A DNA stretch of 64,000 bases from Ascoidea asiatica JCM 7603 (taxonomy: Eukaryota; Fungi; Ascomycota): contig BCKQ01000001.1 in the NCBI GenBank assembly GCA_001600695.1, positions 352,279 to 416,278 of the forward strand, given 5' to 3'. Below are positions 57,212 to 64,000 of the stretch, one piece after another (position 1 is the first letter of the stretch; each line of letters begins with the position of its first letter). The notes under the pieces were generated by a model, which saw only the letters and a program-made list of their open reading frames with translations, was not told where the DNA came from and made no database searches. Made by a program: the position numbers and the translations under genes.

Positions 57212-58474
57212 ATGACTGAATTAAATAGAAAAGAATTATATAAATTATTAAATTTACCATATGGTACAAGAGACTTATCATTAATTAAAAAAGAACATAA
57301 AAGATTAGTTTTATTATTACATCCAGATAAAGGAATTAATAAAAATGATGAATTATTTAAAAAATATTATCCATCTTATCAAAATCTGTTAAAAGATTTA
57401 GATAATAATATTAATATTAAAATTAAAAATGTTAATATTAATAAGAGAAAAAAAACTAATGAGAAAAAAGAAAAAAAATATTATAAATATACTTCCAATT
57501 ATTATGATTATTATTCAGATTCAGATTCAGATAATGAAGATAATTTTGAAGAATATTATGATGCTAATTTTGAATATGATGAAAGTCCAAATACTAAAGA
57601 TAAAAATGGATTCAAATCAAATAAATCAAATAATGAAAATTCAAATAATAATGAAAATAAACCTAAATTTAGTTATAAATTTTTAAATATTGAAACTTTA
57701 GAAAGTTATTTAATTAAATATCAAGATGTTTTGGATTGTAATAAATCAATTTATGATGAAAATAATTGTAAATTAAATGATTATTTAAAACTTAATAAAT
57801 ATCCAAGAATGATAAGAAGATCAATAGATATTGAATTTTTAATTAATAGATCAATAAAAAATTTAAAAATTGATTATAAAAAATCAGAAGAATTTACAAA
57901 TTTATTTAAAAAAACTAAATATTTTAATATTTTAAATTGTTTATATTTTGTTAAAAATGATAATGATAATAATAAAGATTTTCAAAATATTTTATTAACT
58001 TTTAAACTTGAAAATTTTTTAATATTTCATTATAATAATGAATTTAAATTATTAAATTATAAAAAATTAGAAACTGAGAATATTTTAAATTCTTCATCAT
58101 TTAAAATTTTAATTGAACTTGAAAAAAATTTTAAAATTTTAGAAAATTCAATAATTTTAAGATCAAATCAACATAATTATAAAAATATAATTAATGATTC
58201 AGATATTATAATTCCAAAATTTTTAATTAAGAAATTATGTAAAAAAATTAAAATTAAAAAAGATAATAAAAATAAAAAGAAATACTTGATAAGTTTAAAT
58301 TATTTTCATTTAAATTATATTTCTTCTCATAGATCTTTATTAACAAATAAAATGTTAATTGAAGATGTTTATAATAAGCAATCATATAAATCATATTATA
58401 AAGCTAATTATAAACAATTAAAAAACTCAGAAAATGCTTTTGAAGGTTCATTAATTCTGGAATTATATTATTAA
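57212..58474 (+). CDS. Divergent DnaJ/J-domain protein
   Basis: N-terminal J-domain LYKLL.L......IKK..KRL.L.LHPDK with intact HPD. The remainder is K/N-rich. Confidence 0.7.
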   Translation: MTELNRKELYKLLNLPYGTRDLSLIKKEHKRLVLLLHPDKGINKNDELFKKYYPSYQNLLKDLDNNINIKIKNVNINKRKKTNEKKEKKYYKYTSNYYDYYSDSDSDNEDNFEEYYDANFEYDESPNTKDKNGFKSNKSNNENSNNNENKPKFSYKFLNIETLESYLIKYQDVLDCNKSIYDENNCKLNDYLKLNKYPRMIRRSIDIEFLINRSIKNLKIDYKKSEEFTNLFKKTKYFNILNCLYFVKNDNDNNKDFQNILLTFKLENFLIFHYNNEFKLLNYKKLETENILNSSSFKILIELEKNFKILENSIILRSNQHNYKNIINDSDIIIPKFLIKKLCKKIKIKKDNKNKKKYLISLNYFHLNYISSHRSLLTNKMLIEDVYNKQSYKSYYKANYKQLKNSENAFEGSLILELYY

Positions 58475-58574
58475 ATTCTTTTTTTCATATTCTCATTTAT
58501 ATTATTAGTTTTCTTCATATTCATTTATATATTCAATAAAACATATTTACTGTTTTTATTATTATTTCGATTCT

Positions 58575-58644
58575 TGTAATTTACCTGTAATTTACCTGTA
58601 ATTTACCTGTAATTAAGTAATAATTAAGCAGTAATTAAGCAGTA
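58575..58644 (+). repeat. Short tandem repeats downstream of tRNA-Val (TGTAATTTACC x3, TAATTAAGCAG x2)
   Basis: Read directly from the sequence. Confidence 0.85.
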
Positions 58645-58656
58645 GGAAAAAAAGAA

Positions 58657-58730
58657 TGATTTTGCCCAGGATCGAACTGGAGACGTTCTGCGTGTTAAGC
58701 AGATGCCATAACCAACTAGACCACAAAACC
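58657..58730 (-). tRNA. tRNA-Val (anticodon AAC)
   Basis: GGTTTTGTGGTCTAGTTGGTTATGGCATCTGC-TTAACAC-GCAGAACGTCTCCAGTTCGATCCTGGGCAAAATCA. Canonical cloverleaf followed by a T-run terminator. Confidence 0.97.
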
Positions 58731-58789
58731 ATCCATTATTAATATTTAAATTATGTAAATTTAGAGATTTTTAATCGTAATGTCAAAGA

Positions 58790-59180
58790 GCGTATCACCT
58801 GACATTACGTAATTAAAACATTTAAATTAATCTGCAAGATAAAGCACCCGTCTGCTCCGCGGGCGTTTAATTCCTTGAAGGTCACCTGACTGGCACCTTG
58901 TCACGGGACCGGCTCTTTATAAACGAGTAAACGAGCTGCTCCCGCTGCTGCTGCTGCTCTTTCATCTCTTTCATCTCTTGCTGCTGCTTCTGCTGCCTGT
59001 GCTTCTTCCTCTGCCTCTTCTCCCACCTTCTTTTGTCTCTTTCATCTCTTTCATCTCCTCTCATTTCTCTCATTTCTCTCTTTCACCTTCTTTTCCTTAC
59101 AAATTTCCTCTTTTTCCTTTCTCGATTTCTGTTCGTTTGAATTCTTCTCGTTTCCCTCGCAAATTTCGTTCGCGTAAATA
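58790..59180. promoter_or_regulatory. GC-rich promoter island upstream of ERG12
   Basis: TCACCTGAC twice, TTACGTAA (58805-58812), TATAAACGA, and CTG and pyrimidine tracts. Confidence 0.55.
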
Positions 59181-59263
59181 ATCTCAAATTTCACTTTCCA
59201 TCTTTTTCATTGGCAGTTTCTATTCTTTTTATTTCGAAAAATTCCACTAATTTATATCATTTA

Positions 59264-59315
59264 TCATTTTATCTCATTTTATCTCATTTTATCTCATTTT
59301 ATCTCATTTTATCTC
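59264..59315 (+). repeat. TCATTTTATC x5 tandem repeat upstream of ERG12
   Basis: Read directly from the sequence. Confidence 0.9.
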
Positions 59316-59626
59316 CTGTTTAAAATTGATAACCACTGATAAAATTCACCTTAAACAATTTTAACTTTTATATTTTAAATCTACAATTTACAATTTACTT
59401 TTTTTTTTTATTATTTAGATATTTATTATTCCTATTTAATGATTAATTTATTCAATTATTCTCATATTCTTTTTTCATTATTCTTTTAATTATTCTTTTC
59501 TTTTTATCTTTATTCTCATAATTATATAATATTCTAATTTTTATATTATACCTTTAATAATAATTCATTATTCATTATCATTATTCACATTCATCATTAT
59601 TCATTATTCATTATTCATTAATAAAA

Positions 59627-61120
59627 ATGACTATAGATCAATCAATATCAGAAGATAGTTTAGATTATTCAGATAATTTAGATACTTTAGATAATTCAGA
59701 TAATTTAGATAATTTAGATAGTTCAGATGATTCAAGTAATATAAGTAATATAACTGATATAAATAATATAAAAATTGATAATTCAATTCATTTTCCATTC
59801 ATAGTTTCTGCTCCTGGTAAAGTAATATTATTTGGTGAACATGCTGCTGTTTATGGTAAACCTGCAATTGCAGCTTCAATATCTTTAAGAACTTATCTTT
59901 TATCAACAAGATCCTTATCAACTTCTTCAGATATTTCTTTAATAACTTTAAATTTACCAGATATAGGTTTTTTAAAATCTTGGAAAATTAATGATTTACC
60001 TTGGAATATTTTAAAAAATTTAAATAAAAAAATTAATAAATCTAATCAATGTAATCCAATATTATCTGAAGAATTAATATCAGAAATTACAAATTCTTTA
60101 AAAATTTTAATTAATGATATTAAAAATCCAATTCATTATACTTCTGCATATGCTTTTCTTTATTTATTTTTAAATTTATGTTCAAATATAATAGATCAAA
60201 ATAATTATAATTATAATTATAATTATAATTTTATAATTAAATCAACTTTACCAATTGGTGCAGGTTTAGGATCTTCTGCTTCAATGGCTGTTTGTTTATC
60301 ATCTTCATTATTAATTATTGGTAATCATATAAATTTACCAATATTAAATAAAAATGATTTTATAAATAAAAATAATTCAAATTTTAATTCAAATTTAATA
60401 AATTCTTGGGCTTTTATGGCTGAAAAATGTATTCATGGTAATCCTTCTGGTATTGATAATACTGTTTCAACTTTTGGTGGTGCAATAATGTTTAAAAGAT
60501 TAAATTCTTTAACACCAAGTATAATAACTTCAATAAGAAATTTTCCAAAATTAAATTTATTATTAACAAATACAAAACATCCAAGAAAAACTTCAGATTT
60601 AGTTAATAATGTTTATAATTTTACAAATTTATTTCCAAAACTTTCAAAATCAATTTTTGATTCTATAGAAAATTTAACAAATGATGCTTATAATTTATTA
60701 ATAAATTCATATTTAGATAAAAATTCAAAATTAAAAATTAATCAATTAATTAAAATTAATCATGGTTTATTAGTTTCTTTAGGTGTTTCTCATCCAACTT
60801 TAGAAAAAATTAAATTAAATTGTGATTTATTAAATATTGGTGAAACTAAATTAACTGGTGCCGGTGGTGGAGGTTGTGCAATAACAATCTTAAATGATAA
60901 TATTAATGAAAAAAATTTAATTAATTTAAATAATATTCTTAATAATGAAGGTTTTAAAACTTATAAAACTATTTTAGGTGGTAAAGGTGTTGCATTTTTA
61001 AAACCTTCAAAAATAAATTCAAATTTTTTTAATCAATCAAATTTTTTAAATTTAAAAAATGAAATATCAATTGAAAATTCAATTGGTGTTAAAGATTCTT
61101 CTCTTTGGAAATTTTGGTAA
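59627..61120 (+). CDS. ERG12: Mevalonate kinase
   Basis: SAPGKVILFGEHAAVYGKPAIA, STLPIGAGLGSSAS, EKCIHGNPSGIDN and KLTGAGGGGC (GHMP kinase motifs). Confidence 0.97.
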   Translation: MTIDQSISEDSLDYSDNLDTLDNSDNLDNLDSSDDSSNISNITDINNIKIDNSIHFPFIVSAPGKVILFGEHAAVYGKPAIAASISLRTYLLSTRSLSTSSDISLITLNLPDIGFLKSWKINDLPWNILKNLNKKINKSNQCNPILSEELISEITNSLKILINDIKNPIHYTSAYAFLYLFLNLCSNIIDQNNYNYNYNYNFIIKSTLPIGAGLGSSASMAVCLSSSLLIIGNHINLPILNKNDFINKNNSNFNSNLINSWAFMAEKCIHGNPSGIDNTVSTFGGAIMFKRLNSLTPSIITSIRNFPKLNLLLTNTKHPRKTSDLVNNVYNFTNLFPKLSKSIFDSIENLTNDAYNLLINSYLDKNSKLKINQLIKINHGLLVSLGVSHPTLEKIKLNCDLLNIGETKLTGAGGGGCAITILNDNINEKNLINLNNILNNEGFKTYKTILGGKGVAFLKPSKINSNFFNQSNFLNLKNEISIENSIGVKDSSLWKFW

Positions 61121-61655
61121 TTATAATCTATTCATAAATTTTTTAATATTCTTTTTAATCTCTTTCAATATCTTTTAATATATATATACAGTATACACCT
61201 CTTTAATAAATTAAAAACAATCATAAATTTAGACAATAAATGAAAAAATTCATATATACTATATGTATACGTAAATAAATGAATAAATAAATTTAATAAA
61301 GAATAATGATATAATAAGATAATAAGATAAATAAATAAAAGCGAGAAATTATAAATATGTTAAAAGTATTAAAATAATAAAGGAATGATTTTTAAATATA
61401 CAAAATAATAAAATAGTTAAAGTGGAAAGAACCAAAATACTATTAACTATTGAATAAAAATAACAAACCAAAATATAATAAAATGTAGAGTAAATAGAGA
61501 GTAGTAAATAGAGAGTAAAGATATAAATATAAATAGGATTATATATATATATATGAATATATAAGTTAATAATAAATTATTTATTTAAGGTGATAAGTAG
61601 GTAGGTAGGTAGGTAGATAGTTAATTAAGATAATAAAATAATTTTAATTAATAGA

Positions 61656-63237
61656 TTAAAAACATTTATGATGAACAATTGATGGACCAGATTCATCATA
61701 TTCTTGTTTTGAGATCCACATTTGTTGAAATGTTGATAATGAAGCTAAAATTGAACCACCAATCCAAACAGAATATTTACGTTCAGGTGGAGCAATAATT
61801 TTAACTTTCATTGAAGATGGAGCTAAAGCAGTAATTTCTTTTTGCATACGTTCTGCAATACCTGGGAACATTGTAGTACCACCAGACATGACAATATTAC
61901 CATATAATTCTTTTCTAACATCAACATCACATTTCATAATTGAATTATAAGTTGTTTGATCAATACCAGCAGCTTCTAAACCTAAGACAGAAGGATGGAA
62001 TAAAGCTTCTGGAGCTCTAAATCTTTCATTACCAATTGTAATAACTTGACCATCAGGTAATTCATAAGATTTTTCAATTGCAGAAGATTGAGCAGAAGTT
62101 TGTAATTCTTGATCAAAATCTAAAGCTACATAACATAATTTTTCTTTAACATCTCTAACAATTTCTCTTTCAGCAGTTGTTGAAAATGAATAACCTCTTT
62201 CAGATAATATTTTCATTAAATAATCAGTTAAATCTCTACCAGCTAAATCAATTCTTAAAATTGCATGAGGTAATGAAAAACCAGCATAAATTGGTACAAC
62301 ATGAGTTACACCATCACCAGAATCTAAAACAATACCAGTTGTTCTACCAGAAGAATATAAAGATAAAACAGCTTGAATAGAAACATAAAAAGCAGGTACA
62401 TTAAAAGTTTCAAACATAATTTGAGTCATTTTTTCTCTATTTGATTTTGGATTCATTGGAGCTTCAGTTAATAAAACAGGATGTTCTTCAGGAGCAACTC
62501 TTAATTCATTATAAAAAGTATGATGCCAAATTTTTTCCATATCATCCCAATTTGTTACAATACCATGTTCAATTGGATAACGTAAAGTTAAAATACCTCT
62601 TTTTGATTGAGCTTCATCACCAACATAAGAATCTTTTTGACCCATACCAACCATGATACCTTGATGTCTTGGTCTACCAACAATTGAAGGAAAAACTGCA
62701 CGAGGAGCATCATCACCAGCAAAACCGGCTTTACACATACCTGAACCATTATCGATTACAAGCTAAATAAATAAATGAATTAGTTAGTATCTCTGATTAT
62801 AAGAGTAATATAGGAATTTAATGATTAATTGAGTTATTACTTACAGCAGCAACTTCTTCTATAAAATTTGTTAGTATACTGAAATCTTAATATATTGAGA
62901 TTTTGAGATATTGATAAAATAAAAAATGTGTCAATTGATTTAACAACATTATACTATATATATATATATATATATATATAAATATATAAGTATAGGAAAG
63001 TGGTATCAGATTATATTGGATATACTATAATATATGATAGAATATATATATGATTTAGCCAATTGATATTTTTCAAAATAATGAAATTTCAAAACATTAA
63101 AAAATACTCATTTTCTGAATACGTTTCAAATCATTTAATATGAATATATATATATATATATATCAGATATTGATAAATCAATTGACTTAATGGATTGAAT
63201 TAGATTTAATAGATAAATATTACGTACCACCATCCAT
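61656..63237 (-). CDS. ACT1: Actin, 376 aa; exons 63237-63228, 62858-62845, 62762-61656
   Basis: The spliced product begins [26 protein letters not shown]. The remainder is near-identical to fungal actin and ends HHKCF. Confidence 0.98.
62763..62844 (-). other. ACT1 intron 2 (82 nt, phase 0)
   Basis: GTAAGT donor, TACTAAC (62789-62783) and TAG acceptor. Splicing restores VAA|LVIDNG. Confidence 0.93.
62859..63227 (-). other. ACT1 intron 1 (369 nt, phase 1)
   Basis: GTACGT donor, TACTAAC branch point (62876-62870) and TAG acceptor. Confidence 0.93.
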
Positions 63238-63539
63238 TTTGTAAAGTTATAAATATGATATATATATATAATATAGAATAAAAAATCAAATGAATTGAAT
63301 TTAACTGAATGAGATTTAATTAATTGAGATAACTAAGTTAATTGAATTGAATTTAATTAATTAAAATAATTATTGATAATTTTTTTTCAATTAAAATAAA
63401 AAGATTATTTATATTGATTATATGGTTATTTGATTATTATTATTATTAATAAATATAAAGAAAAGAGTAGATTAAATAATCTTAGATTTAGTAGTGCTGG
63501 AAAAGTTTTCTTCTTTTATAAAGCGAAAAGAACACGATA

Positions 63540-63870
63540 ATCGAAAAAAAGGGGCGTGAGAAGAACCGGTGTTGAATTTATGTCCAGGCGCAGTTCAACT
63601 TCCGGGACCCACTATTAATCAGTAGTTTTAATTGTTGTAGTACTTAAGTACTACTTAAGTACCGGTGGCTAGCACCAGAAACAGTGTCTACAGTGTCTGG
63701 TGGCATATTCCACGAAGGAGCCTTGAAGCTGTCTGGGAAGGTGTCTGAGAACTGCACTGCAACCACACGACTTCCGGGTTTCATATTGCCCCATCTGCTC
63801 ACTTCCGGTCTCTCAGCGCTGGCATTCTCGTCGCTTTTCGCTTTTCGCTTTTCGCTTTTTGTTTTTTGTT
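63540..63870. promoter_or_regulatory. GC-rich promoter island upstream of ACT1
   Basis: ACTTCCGG three times, 18-bp palindrome at 63637-63654, ACAGTGTCT twice and CGCTTTT repeats. TATAAAAG on the minus strand near 63514-63521. Confidence 0.55.
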
Positions 63871-64000
63871 TTCTTTCTTTCTTTGCACAAAAAACAAATG
63901 AAATATCAAATGAAATATCAAATGAAATATTAATCTCATCGTTAACTATGGAATGGTAATTCTACTATGGTAATTCTACTATGTTAATAATACTATGGTA

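Noticed and set aside
58575-58644. Short repeats beside tRNA-Val as a CRISPR or integration scar
   Set aside because: Spacerless 11-bp tandem duplications typical of this genome. Eukaryotic context with no LTR or transposase.
62735-62740. GTATGT donor consensus in ACT1 exon 3
   Set aside because: It simply encodes conserved Gly-Met-Cys, and the reading frame is continuous.
63001-63010. TGGTATCAGA resembling an LTR-retrotransposon tRNA-iMet primer-binding site
   Set aside because: Only 10 nt long, inside the actin intron, with no adjacent LTR end or gag/pol sequence.

Overview
Very AT-rich eukaryotic nuclear DNA from a budding-yeast-like fungus (Saccharomycotina). The low-complexity Asn/Lys-rich proteins, TACTAAC-type introns and aspartic protease cluster would fit an Ascoidea/Saccharomycopsis-like genome, but the species is an inference. 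The left 25 kb is gene-poor. It holds only two convergent paralogues of the Medusa (MedA/ACON-3/Ren1) developmental regulator family, separated by a 7.5 kb ORF-free tract and followed by a 9.3 kb one. The right 39 kb is gene-dense: an MNN2-family mannosyltransferase, a Roy1-like F-box protein, an orphan protein with SIM-like and SILK/RVxF motifs, three consecutive secreted aspartic proteases, IES2, NCP1, tRNA-Leu(UAA), ISR1 kinase, a YPR097W/Lec1-like PX protein, a divergent J-protein, tRNA-Val(AAC), ERG12 and ACT1. The most notable observations are: (1) the duplicated medA locus with shared palindromic motifs; (2) GC-rich islands marking promoters in an AT-saturated genome; (3) a tRNA-Leu that folds best with a non-canonical 6/6 acceptor/T-stem; (4) a candidate SUMO-binding PP1 adaptor; (5) a two-intron actin gene with a 14-nt micro-exon and a long-range intronic stem. 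All family assignments are from recalled motifs, not database searches.
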